Assembly (NCBI RefSeq): GCF_001457595.1
Contig: NZ_LN831039.1
Span: forward strand, 1,230,001 to 1,262,000
Length of the DNA: 32,000 nucleotides
Reading direction: 5' to 3'
Source of the DNA: Mycolicibacterium smegmatis
GTDB taxonomy: Bacteria; Actinomycetota; Actinomycetes; Mycobacteriales; Mycobacteriaceae
Shown here: one piece after another, positions 7,665 to 15,879 of the stretch
Layout of the letters: each line of letters opens with the position of its first letter
Position numbering within the stretch: the stretch's first letter is position 1
The notes under the pieces: generated by a model
What the model was told of the DNA's origin: nothing
Seen by the model: the letters and a program-made list of their open reading frames with translations, nothing else
The model's database searches: none
Translations under genes and position numbers: made by a program

Positions 7665-10600
7665 ATGGCTCAGGAACTCGCCGCCGGTTATATCTCGCTG
7701 TCGGTGAAGTACGGCGACTCGATGAAGCAGCTCAACAAGGAGCTGCTGGGCCTGGATGACACCGCGAAGAAGGCCGGTAAGGATGCCGGTAAAGGCTTCT
7801 CGAAGTCGATGGCGCAGTCGGCCAAGCTGGACGCCTCTGATGCGAAGGGTGTCCTGAATCCTCTTGAGGACGAGGCGAAGTCAGCTGGCACGAAGGCCGG
7901 CAAGGGCTTCGGGTCGAAGCTGGTGGACAGCGCCAAGGGCATGTTCAAGTCGAAGTCTGGGGAGCTGACTGAGGGCTTCTCTGGCGGCATGGGCGGCAGC
8001 GGCAAGGAGGCCGCTGAGAACTTTGTCCAGGGCTTCGGCGGCCCTATTGCTTCCCTCGGGACGAAAGCTGGGCCTATCGGCTTGGCGCTGGCAGCCGTGG
8101 GTGGTGTCGCGTTCGCTGCCGGTAGTGTCATCGCTCGCCAGGTCCTGGCCGGTATGGAGCAGGAGCAGCTGGAGGCCAACCTCGCGGCGAAGCTGGGTTT
8201 GTCCCCGCAGCAGGCCGAGAAGATGGGCAAGGCGGCGGGCGAGGCGTACGTCAACAACTTCGGTGAGTCTCGTGAGGCGAACCTGGAGACGATTGAGGTC
8301 GCGTACCAGGCAGGCCTAATCACTGATACCTCGTCTCAGGACGACATCCAGAAGACCATCGAACAGCTCAACACTGTTTCCGAAATCACTGGCGAGAGCC
8401 AGCTGGCTATCGCCCGGTCGGCGAAGCAGTTGGAGCAGACCGGCCTGGTGGACAACCAGACCGAAGCGTTCGACTTGATGGTTCGAGCCCAGCAAAAGGG
8501 CTTGAACGTCAACGAGGACTACCTGGACACCCTCAACGAGTACAGCACCCAGTTCCGCAAGCTGGGCCTGGACGGTCCCGAGGCGTTCGGCCTGATCAAC
8601 CAGGCGATGGAGGGCGGTGCCCGCAACTCGGACCTCGCGGCCGATGCGATCAAGGAATTCTCCATCCGCGCCGTCGATGGGTCGAAGTCAACCCAGGAAG
8701 GGTTTGAGGCTCTCGGCTTGAACGTCGAGGAGACGTCCCAAAAGTTCGCCCGTGGCGGTGAAGAGGCGTCCCAGGCGTTCGGCGACGTGTTGAACCGCCT
8801 GCGGGCCATTGAGGACCCGGTGAAGCGGAACCAGGTCGCGGTGGCCCTGTTCGGTACCCAGGCGGAGGATCTGGGCGACGCCCTCTATGCGATGAACCTG
8901 GGCACTGTCGCCAACGAGATGGACGGCCTGGCTGGTGCGACACAGCGAGCTGCCGACACGATGGGTGGGACTGGCGTCGCCTCGTTTGAGTCGGCGAAGC
9001 GGACCGTCGAGGTCGCCGTCAGCGACATGCAGAGGCAGCTGGCCGAGGTCCTGGGGCCGGCCCTTGAAGATCTCGCCAATTGGTTTGTCGAACACCAGGA
9101 TGACGTGGTCGCGTTCTTCACGAAGATCGGCCAGGCCGCATTGTGGGCAGTGGAGTCCGTGGTTCGGTTCGTCGGCGACGTGATCGACGCGACCGCTGAT
9201 CTGGTTGGCGCGTTCGGCGACATCCAGGGCTGGGTGTTGAAGTTCGAAGCGTGGCAGGCGGACCTCCGTGGCGACCATGAAACTGCGAACGAGTTGCGGG
9301 CGCAGTCGGAAGCCGCTTTCGGTTTGGGCGAGGGCCTGCATGACACCGCCGACAAGTGGCACAACTACGCCGATGGTCTTGCCGATGCGCGGGATGAGAT
9401 GGGCGAGAACCTGGAGCAGACCAGGAAGACCTCCGAGGCCCTTCGCGTCCTCAAAGAGGACCTCACCACCCTGCCTGATGGCAAGACGATTGTTCTGAAG
9501 GACAACTCGGAAGAGACGAAGAAGCGGATGGAGGACCTGGGCTTCACGGTCCAGCGTCTCCCGGACGGCCATCTGACGATCCGCATCGATTACCGCGACC
9601 AGAACGGCAACGTCATCAACCCCAACCAGTTGGGGGTGTCTCAGAGGCAGCAATCGGCCGCTGCGGGCCACGAAGGACCCCGCCAGGGCTTTGCTCGCGG
9701 TGGAATCATCCGGGGCCCCGGATCAGGCACGTCAGATTCGATTCTGGCGTGGCTTTCCAACGGGGAGGGTGTGGTTACCGCTGAGGCGATGCGAAATGGC
9801 GGAGCGGCCCTTGTGGAGGCCCTTAACGCCGGTTGGGTTCCCTCGGCGGAGATGCTGCACGACCTTTTACCGGGTTTCGCCCAAGGTGGCATCGCTGGGG
9901 CCATTTCCTTCGCTCAACAGTTCGCAGGCCGCCGGTACATCTACGGCGGCACCGGACCGGACGGGTTCGACTGCTCGGGTTTCATGTCCGCCATCTACGG
10001 CGTGCTGACTGGACAGGACCCGTTCCACCGGTACTTCACCACCGAATCCAACTTTGAGGCCCTGGGCTTCCAACCCGGGTTCCAACCGGGTGCCTTCAAC
10101 ATCGGCATCAGTCGCGGCGGCGGCGGCAAGAACTCGCACATGGCCGGCACTCTGCCGAACGGTGTGAATGTCGAGTCGGGTGGCAACAGCCCGTTCGCCA
10201 AGTACGGTGGCGACGCCCGGGGTGCGATGGACTTCCCGCTGAAGTTCTTCCTCCCCGTGACCGGCAACCCTCTCGGTGGGGCCTTCGGTAGCTCCTGGGG
10301 CGGTGGCGGTGGTGCTGGTTCCTGGGGTGGCGGTGGTGCCAGCGCCAAGCAGATCCAAGGTGCCCAGGACAAGGTGACGGACCTGGAAGGCCGGCTCGCC
10401 GTCGCGGAGCAGAAGCTCAAGGAGACCGAGGCCAACCCGGACGCCAAAGAGTCCGACCTGATGTCCAAGCGGAACGATGTTGAGAAGCACCGCCGCGAGC
10501 TGGGCCAGGCCAAGCAAGAGCTTGACGGCCTGATGGCCCAGGGTTCGGGCACGGGGTCATCTCTGTCCGATTCCAGCAACCCGTACGTGCGGATCATCGA

Positions 10601-11141
10601 GGCGATCAAGGAGATCCTGCCCGACTTTGGCCAGTTGGCCGACATCGGCGTGGAGGGCTTGAAGGAAACACTCCTTCCGCCCGGGTTCTCCGATCCCACT
10701 GGGTGGGGCATCTTCCAGGCCGGTTCCGGCATCCTCGGGTTCCTCGCCAGCATCATCCCGGACCCCATCGCCAGGGGCATCCTCTCCATCGGGTCAAACG
10801 CCTTGGGTGGCAGCGGTTCCGGCACGGTCAACGCGATCCAAAGCTTGATCCCGGCCCCGTTCGGGGACCTGCAAGTAGGCTCCCCGGATCTCATGCCGGA
10901 AGACTTCGCCGCCACTCAGCACACCGGCTCGGGAGGTATTCCGAACCCGGCGAACCTCGCTTCGGCGTTCACCCCGGACCCGGCCGCGAACGGTGGCGGG
11001 CAGACGGTCAACAACGACAACTCGATCCACATCGGTGAGGGCGGTCAAGTTGGCGTCGATCCCGTTGCGATGCAGGACAAGTCGCAGCGGCAGCAGCGTG
11101 CTCAGCAAGCGCCCCATCTAGGAACTAGAAGGTACATCTAG
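7665..11141 (+). CDS. Tape measure protein with embedded NlpC/P60-like peptidoglycan hydrolase motif
   Basis: 1158 aa, the longest gene, directly after the chaperones and Ala/Gly/Glu-rich. Conserved TMP motif GGIIRGPGSGTSDSILAWLSNGEGVV (about 9700-9780). Cysteine-peptidase motif GTGPDGFDCSGF (Cys codon 9972-9974) with downstream NSHMAG (His 10137-10139). Confidence 0.95.
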   Translation: MAQELAAGYISLSVKYGDSMKQLNKELLGLDDTAKKAGKDAGKGFSKSMAQSAKLDASDAKGVLNPLEDEAKSAGTKAGKGFGSKLVDSAKGMFKSKSGELTEGFSGGMGGSGKEAAENFVQGFGGPIASLGTKAGPIGLALAAVGGVAFAAGSVIARQVLAGMEQEQLEANLAAKLGLSPQQAEKMGKAAGEAYVNNFGESREANLETIEVAYQAGLITDTSSQDDIQKTIEQLNTVSEITGESQLAIARSAKQLEQTGLVDNQTEAFDLMVRAQQKGLNVNEDYLDTLNEYSTQFRKLGLDGPEAFGLINQAMEGGARNSDLAADAIKEFSIRAVDGSKSTQEGFEALGLNVEETSQKFARGGEEASQAFGDVLNRLRAIEDPVKRNQVAVALFGTQAEDLGDALYAMNLGTVANEMDGLAGATQRAADTMGGTGVASFESAKRTVEVAVSDMQRQLAEVLGPALEDLANWFVEHQDDVVAFFTKIGQAALWAVESVVRFVGDVIDATADLVGAFGDIQGWVLKFEAWQADLRGDHETANELRAQSEAAFGLGEGLHDTADKWHNYADGLADARDEMGENLEQTRKTSEALRVLKEDLTTLPDGKTIVLKDNSEETKKRMEDLGFTVQRLPDGHLTIRIDYRDQNGNVINPNQLGVSQRQQSAAAGHEGPRQGFARGGIIRGPGSGTSDSILAWLSNGEGVVTAEAMRNGGAALVEALNAGWVPSAEMLHDLLPGFAQGGIAGAISFAQQFAGRRYIYGGTGPDGFDCSGFMSAIYGVLTGQDPFHRYFTTESNFEALGFQPGFQPGAFNIGISRGGGGKNSHMAGTLPNGVNVESGGNSPFAKYGGDARGAMDFPLKFFLPVTGNPLGGAFGSSWGGGGGAGSWGGGGASAKQIQGAQDKVTDLEGRLAVAEQKLKETEANPDAKESDLMSKRNDVEKHRRELGQAKQELDGLMAQGSGTGSSLSDSSNPYVRIIEAIKEILPDFGQLADIGVEGLKETLLPPGFSDPTGWGIFQAGSGILGFLASIIPDPIARGILSIGSNALGGSGSGTVNAIQSLIPAPFGDLQVGSPDLMPEDFAATQHTGSGGIPNPANLASAFTPDPAANGGGQTVNNDNSIHIGEGGQVGVDPVAMQDKSQRQQRAQQAPHLGTRRYI

Positions 11142-11143
11142 GA

Positions 11144-12259
11144 ATGTCGTCCCCGACTCCACAGACGGGGCCTCCGACGACCAACTTCTTCGCTCTGGAC
11201 AAACGGCTCCAGGGGCTTGAGACGAAGGTTGTTTACATCGGGATTCCCGGACCGGACGGCAAACGTCCGTACTGGGACCTGTGGGGGCCTAACGCAGGTA
11301 TCCAGGGAGCCTCACTCGCTCCGCAGGTCTTCGGGCTTATGCATGTCCCGTTCACCCAGCTCATTTCCGAGGGGCCGTACCAGGTGGGCGGCACCCACGA
11401 GCGGGTGGACTGGCGGAAACGGGAGATCAACTTCACCGTCCAGGTGGGCGTTGGCCAGCCCGACACCGTCTTCCGGTACCGGATGGTGGAGCAGCGGTGG
11501 TGGCAGTCCTGGTCGGCCACCGAGGACGGGTACATCGGGGTCTACACCCGCACGCACGGGTGGAGGTTTCTGAGGGTTCGCCTCGCGGAGGAGCCGAAGA
11601 CCGCGTTCATGCTGGACCCGGCTGCCATGGGGAACAACTTCATGGAGTGGGAGATGGCCGCGGTTGCGGTTCAACCCTACTGGGCCAAGCGAATTGAAAC
11701 TTCGCAGTGGAAGAACGACGGCGAGGGTGACGGCGGCATCCCGCACACCCCGTGGGACGAACTCGAAGAACTCATCGAAGACATCCTGGAGGGTTTGATC
11801 CCGGGCATCTCCAACTTGATCCCGGGGATGCACATCGGTGAGGGCAGCATTGTCATCCCGAACCGAGGCAGCGAGACAACTTGGCCGAAGTTCCTCGTTT
11901 CGAGTCCCGGCCGCGCCTGGATCGAGGACGGCCCCGGTGGGCGGATGGTGGAGCTGCCGCTCCTCACCCCGCAGGACGGCTACGTGCTGGTGGACACTGA
12001 TCCCACGGCCCGAAGCCTCACGGCGGCAACTGATCCTGTTGATCCGTTGTTCTTCAGGATCGCCCGCAACAGTCAGCTGTTGGACTTCCTGCTGCACGAC
12101 ATCACTCATTCGACCCTTCCGGTGTGGCGTCGGTTCAATGGTCGCTTCACCACTCCGTGGCCCGCGAAATCGGTGTGCCGCATCAAGGTTCGCCACTCGA
12201 ACGCGGGCGGATCGATCACGGCGTTCATGCCGCAGCGGTTCAACATGGCGTTCGCCTAA
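11144..12259 (+). CDS. Minor tail protein, distal tail protein (Dit)-like
   Basis: 371 aa, first gene after the TMP (2-nt gap). The call rests on conserved position only. Confidence 0.6.
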   Translation: MSSPTPQTGPPTTNFFALDKRLQGLETKVVYIGIPGPDGKRPYWDLWGPNAGIQGASLAPQVFGLMHVPFTQLISEGPYQVGGTHERVDWRKREINFTVQVGVGQPDTVFRYRMVEQRWWQSWSATEDGYIGVYTRTHGWRFLRVRLAEEPKTAFMLDPAAMGNNFMEWEMAAVAVQPYWAKRIETSQWKNDGEGDGGIPHTPWDELEELIEDILEGLIPGISNLIPGMHIGEGSIVIPNRGSETTWPKFLVSSPGRAWIEDGPGGRMVELPLLTPQDGYVLVDTDPTARSLTAATDPVDPLFFRIARNSQLLDFLLHDITHSTLPVWRRFNGRFTTPWPAKSVCRIKVRHSNAGGSITAFMPQRFNMAFA

Positions 12260-12276
12260 ATCCCTTTGGTTGCAGA

Positions 12277-14139
12277 TTGATCGACTTCCCTGATTTCTCT
12301 ATCGACTTCAACAGGGCGTTGGCGGCAATCCCGGAGCACATCGTTGGTCAGCACGGGGTTCCCGACCTGACCGACCCGATGTCTACCTATCGGTACCTGG
12401 AGAAGCGTCGCGAGACCATCATCAATTCGGTTCGCCAGCGTCCCCTTCTCCGGTTGTGGGACAAGAACTGGAATTACATCGGCCAGATCGCCCAGGAGCA
12501 GTCGGTGATGGTTGAGGAGGTGATGGCCGACTCCGGTGCGGGCACGTGTGTGATCCGCCGCGACAACTGGCTGTCGGACTTCATTCTGTACGACCGCCGC
12601 GTGGAGGAGGACATTCACTTCACGCTGGACCCGATTGCCACCAAGCCGGATTGGCGGACCCGCTGGGGCGGGAAGGTCATCGGGGTCAATGCCAAACGTG
12701 ACGCCCAGGGCCTCCACACCGTCGAACTGGAGATGGTGAGCAACCGGGAGCATCTGAAACACCTCCTGGCTGGCGCGAATCCACTGTTTCCGCCCGAGGT
12801 GCAGTTCCCGAAGATGTGGGTCCTGCCGTGGAACTGCCGCACCGCTTTGAGCATCACGATGTTCATCAACTTGGCTCGACAGTTCTTCCCATTCCTGTCG
12901 ATCCCGACGAACATCTTCAACCCGGGTGGCTGGCTCGGTGTGGGGGCGGCGGGCGTGAACCCGTTGTCGTGGCCGATTCAGGTGCAGTTCCTGAACCCGG
13001 TGTTTGACCAGTCGCGGTTCACGATCTTCACGTCCCGCTGGTCGGACATGCACAGCACCTCGGCTCCGCTGCTGGAGGACGCGGGCTGCATGATCCGGGC
13101 CTACACGTGGCTGACGGAGGACGAGGAGTCCCCCCACCCGGAGCTGAAGCTGGGCCTGAAGAACATTCCGATTGCCGGTCCGATCCTGAAGGAGATCGGT
13201 GAGAAAACCGGGCTGCCCACGGATCTCGATGAACTAGCTCGACCGACCCGCAACTGCATTGTGATGGCGGTGGAGGACAAGTCGGGCACCACCGGCCCGA
13301 CCGGCACCTTCCTGGACGGCCCAATCAAGCTGATCGCCTCCACCGCGGACGACATGATCACCGAGACCATCTCCAGCGTCGTGGACCTCGACAAGGACAA
13401 GGACGGCGAGACGGACCCGTTCTTCCGCAAGCTTGCCCTGGTGGCACCGGAACCTCCGTGGGTGGTGTTCCACGACGGCGAGTATTCGGGAATCGTTGAG
13501 GCACAACGCTCTATGCATGGCGCGACCGCGAAGACGATCATGGTGGGCTCTAAGAGTCCCGCCTGGGTGAACCAGCTCCAAACCTTTGCGATCAAGTATG
13601 GGCTGTCCCAGATCCAGGCGGTCATCACCGCAGGCATCATTGAGCAGGTCGGTGAAGCGCCTGTCGGTTCGGGCCTCGAAGAGGTTTATCAGGGCCAGTT
13701 GGACGACACTCTGCTTGCCTGGCAACGGTTTACAGATCCGATCCGGGCGATCCGCATGGGTGACTTCGGTTTCCTGGAGCACTTCGAGAAGGGTTCCGGT
13801 TCAGCCTACACCGTCTCTGGTGTGCTGGATCTGCGGAGTGGCCACTGGAAGACCAGGGCCTACACCAGTTTCAAGACCACGATCCGCAACGGTGCCCCCT
13901 ACCTGGTGGGCTATGACTTCCAGTTGGGGGATCGGCTGGCGTTCCAGATGGCGAACGTCCTGCACGTCGATCAATGCACCGCCATCCGCTACTCGTGGGA
14001 CAAGTCCAACCCGATCACGGTGCAGCTGTCCATCGGTCGGGATGTGGAAGAGGAAGACCCGGTCGCACGGGCAACCCGAACAATCGCAGCCGCATGGAAC
14101 ACTATCGGCTTCCTGCTTGGGTCCCAAGACCTGTTCTGA
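12277..14139 (+). CDS. Minor tail protein, Tal-like (baseplate hub / tail-associated)
   Basis: Second gene after the TMP. The PLLRLWDKNWNYIG motif near the N-terminus is typical of actinophage minor tail proteins. The track ORF start (12124) overlaps the Dit gene. High GC3 begins around TTG 12277. ATG 12379 is an alternative start. No clear SD for either. Confidence 0.6.
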   Translation: MIDFPDFSIDFNRALAAIPEHIVGQHGVPDLTDPMSTYRYLEKRRETIINSVRQRPLLRLWDKNWNYIGQIAQEQSVMVEEVMADSGAGTCVIRRDNWLSDFILYDRRVEEDIHFTLDPIATKPDWRTRWGGKVIGVNAKRDAQGLHTVELEMVSNREHLKHLLAGANPLFPPEVQFPKMWVLPWNCRTALSITMFINLARQFFPFLSIPTNIFNPGGWLGVGAAGVNPLSWPIQVQFLNPVFDQSRFTIFTSRWSDMHSTSAPLLEDAGCMIRAYTWLTEDEESPHPELKLGLKNIPIAGPILKEIGEKTGLPTDLDELARPTRNCIVMAVEDKSGTTGPTGTFLDGPIKLIASTADDMITETISSVVDLDKDKDGETDPFFRKLALVAPEPPWVVFHDGEYSGIVEAQRSMHGATAKTIMVGSKSPAWVNQLQTFAIKYGLSQIQAVITAGIIEQVGEAPVGSGLEEVYQGQLDDTLLAWQRFTDPIRAIRMGDFGFLEHFEKGSGSAYTVSGVLDLRSGHWKTRAYTSFKTTIRNGAPYLVGYDFQLGDRLAFQMANVLHVDQCTAIRYSWDKSNPITVQLSIGRDVEEEDPVARATRTIAAAWNTIGFLLGSQDLF

Positions 14140-14151
14140 GAAGGAAATCCA

Positions 14152-14319
14152 TTGAAACTCAAGCTTGAAGGCCACCTCGCCACCGAGGAAGAGCTGGACG
14201 AACTGGTCCTCGGCGAGGACGACGCCGGCCGCACCTGGTGGGTGGACTTCACATGGTTCATCTGGTCCGGGAAGGGCTGGGTCAAGGCCATCGCCACCAC
14301 GGAGGGCCCGAATGCCTGA
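14152..14319 (+). CDS. Small hypothetical protein (55 aa), absent from the ORF track
   Basis: TTG start 5 nt after a GAAGGAAA SD. High GC3. Plausible product MKLKLEGHLATEEELDELVLGEDDAGRTWWVDFTWFIWSGKGWVKAIATTEGPNA. Its stop overlaps the next gene's ATG (ATGCCTGA). Confidence 0.55.
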   Translation: MKLKLEGHLATEEELDELVLGEDDAGRTWWVDFTWFIWSGKGWVKAIATTEGPNA

Positions 14320-14788
14320 CGCCTTCCACCAGGCCTACCTGGCTCGCGTCTACAAGCAGATGCTGGACGACCTGCACTACCCGGTGTCAAAGAACGGCGA
14401 CATCATGGACGCCTCCGCCGTGAAGGCGTGGGTGTGCTGGCATCTCGTGCGGTGCGGGTGGCGTAAGCCGAACAATACGGACGGCTTCGCCCTGGTCGAG
14501 GACTATGACGATCCGCTGATCAAACCGCGGAAGGTGTACGGCCCCGGCATCGTGGAGGACGCGGTCACCTGGGTGCCGGCCACCGACCCGGATGACCCGT
14601 TGCAGAACTTGGAGTCGATGACAGTCGCCGAAATCGAGGCACTGCCAGACGATTTGAAGGTCGAGGCGAAGCGTCGTCTCGGACTTATCCCGCCGCAGCC
14701 GCAGCCCTCCGAGGAGGGGTGGTCTGTGAAGCCTTTCATCACCATCACTGAAGCCGACGACGTCGATGACGACACTCGTTGGGTCTGA
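14312..14788 (+). CDS. Hypothetical tail-region protein (start moved to ATG 14312)
   Basis: The track's N-terminal extension (14165-14311) is Pro/Arg/Ser-rich off-frame-type sequence that overlaps a better small ORF. From MPDAFHQAYLARVYKQ onward the composition looks like normal coding sequence. Confidence 0.6.
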   Translation: MPDAFHQAYLARVYKQMLDDLHYPVSKNGDIMDASAVKAWVCWHLVRCGWRKPNNTDGFALVEDYDDPLIKPRKVYGPGIVEDAVTWVPATDPDDPLQNLESMTVAEIEALPDDLKVEAKRRLGLIPPQPQPSEEGWSVKPFITITEADDVDDDTRWV

Positions 14789-14799
14789 GAGGAATAAGC

Positions 14800-15879
14800 A
14801 TGACTAGCCCTGGTGATTCTGTCTACTTGGGTTCGATCCTCACGAATGTTCACCTCTGGGGGATTATCAGCGACCTGGACACTCCGTCCATGATGTCGGG
14901 GTCCTTCGAGATCCTCGGCAACGACGGTGCGGTGACCCTGGACGCCCTGGTGGGGCCGCAGGGTGTCCCCGGTCAGAACGCCCCCATCGTGAAGATGCAG
15001 TGGTCTTCGATTGAGGACCCGGAGGACCTTCCCGACAACCTGACCGACGACGATGTTGATGTCGGCAAGGCCTGGTGGATCGGCAACCAGGTGTACGTGT
15101 GGGACGGCGAACAGTACCGCATCCGCGCCATGGGTACGCAGGGCCCGCCCGGGCCGGTGCCGAACATCACGCCCTCGGTGCAGCTGCTGGACCCGGACGA
15201 CGACGACCTGGAGTCGGAGATCGTGGTCAGCGGTACGGCCGCCAATCCGGGCTGGCTACTGAAGCTGAAGGCCCCGCGTGGCCCGCAGGGTGAGAACGCC
15301 ACGATCCGTGACGCCACCGACTACGACGACAGTGAGCCGCCTGAGATCGGCGAAGCCATTGTGTGGAACGGGCAGAACTTCCAGGCCCAGCCCATCGGCA
15401 ACATCATGCCGAAGTTCTACTCGGTGCCGCAGGCCAACTTCACGAACTTCACCGGCATCACGACCCGCCAGCAGATCGCCTCGGTGGTGATCCCGCCGCA
15501 GGAGTTCGACTGGGTGCCGTACGTGACTGGACACATCCGTGCGGTCGGCGTGGAGGCCGACTCTGATCCGCTGATCCTCGGTTGCGAGGTGAGGTTGGGG
15601 CATCCGTCTTCGGGTGTGCTGATTGCTCGCGGTTTCGGCAACAGCTCCACGTGGACGACCATCGTGCCGCACTTCTCTTCGCCGGGTTCCCCGAACGATG
15701 CGATCACCCCGGACAACAACGTCGCGGTGGTGCCGGCCGGTGCAACAGGTTCTGAGACCACGATCTATGTGAACCTGTTCAACGACGGCATCGCGGGTGT
15801 CTACGCCTTCAACAAGAACAACGCCCAGTTGTCGGTTCTCTGCATTCCGGTGAGTGGGTTCGCCCTCGGGGGCTCGTAA
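14800..15879 (+). CDS. Minor tail protein with short collagen-like G-X-Y segments
   Basis: ATG 14800 follows a GAGAGGA SD. GPQGVPGQN (from 14953), GTQGPPGPV and PRGPQGEN triplet runs are typical of phage fibre proteins. Confidence 0.7.
   Translation: MTSPGDSVYLGSILTNVHLWGIISDLDTPSMMSGSFEILGNDGAVTLDALVGPQGVPGQNAPIVKMQWSSIEDPEDLPDNLTDDDVDVGKAWWIGNQVYVWDGEQYRIRAMGTQGPPGPVPNITPSVQLLDPDDDDLESEIVVSGTAANPGWLLKLKAPRGPQGENATIRDATDYDDSEPPEIGEAIVWNGQNFQAQPIGNIMPKFYSVPQANFTNFTGITTRQQIASVVIPPQEFDWVPYVTGHIRAVGVEADSDPLILGCEVRLGHPSSGVLIARGFGNSSTWTTIVPHFSSPGSPNDAITPDNNVAVVPAGATGSETTIYVNLFNDGIAGVYAFNKNNAQLSVLCIPVSGFALGGS

Noticed and set aside
8688-9671. Long antisense ORFs throughout the prophage and host parts (for example 8688-9671, 9995-10915, 4096-4998, 12256-13137, 18145-18915, 18842-19654 and 26074-26802, all on the minus strand)
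   Set aside because: They lie fully inside well-supported forward genes. Their products are Arg/Pro/Gly/His-rich with no motifs, as expected for off-frame ORFs in high-GC DNA.
14165-14311. N-terminal extension of the 14165-14788 ORF
   Set aside because: It has Pro/Arg/Ser-rich off-frame composition. A better small ORF with an SD occupies the region in another frame, and ATG 14312 overlaps that ORF's stop.
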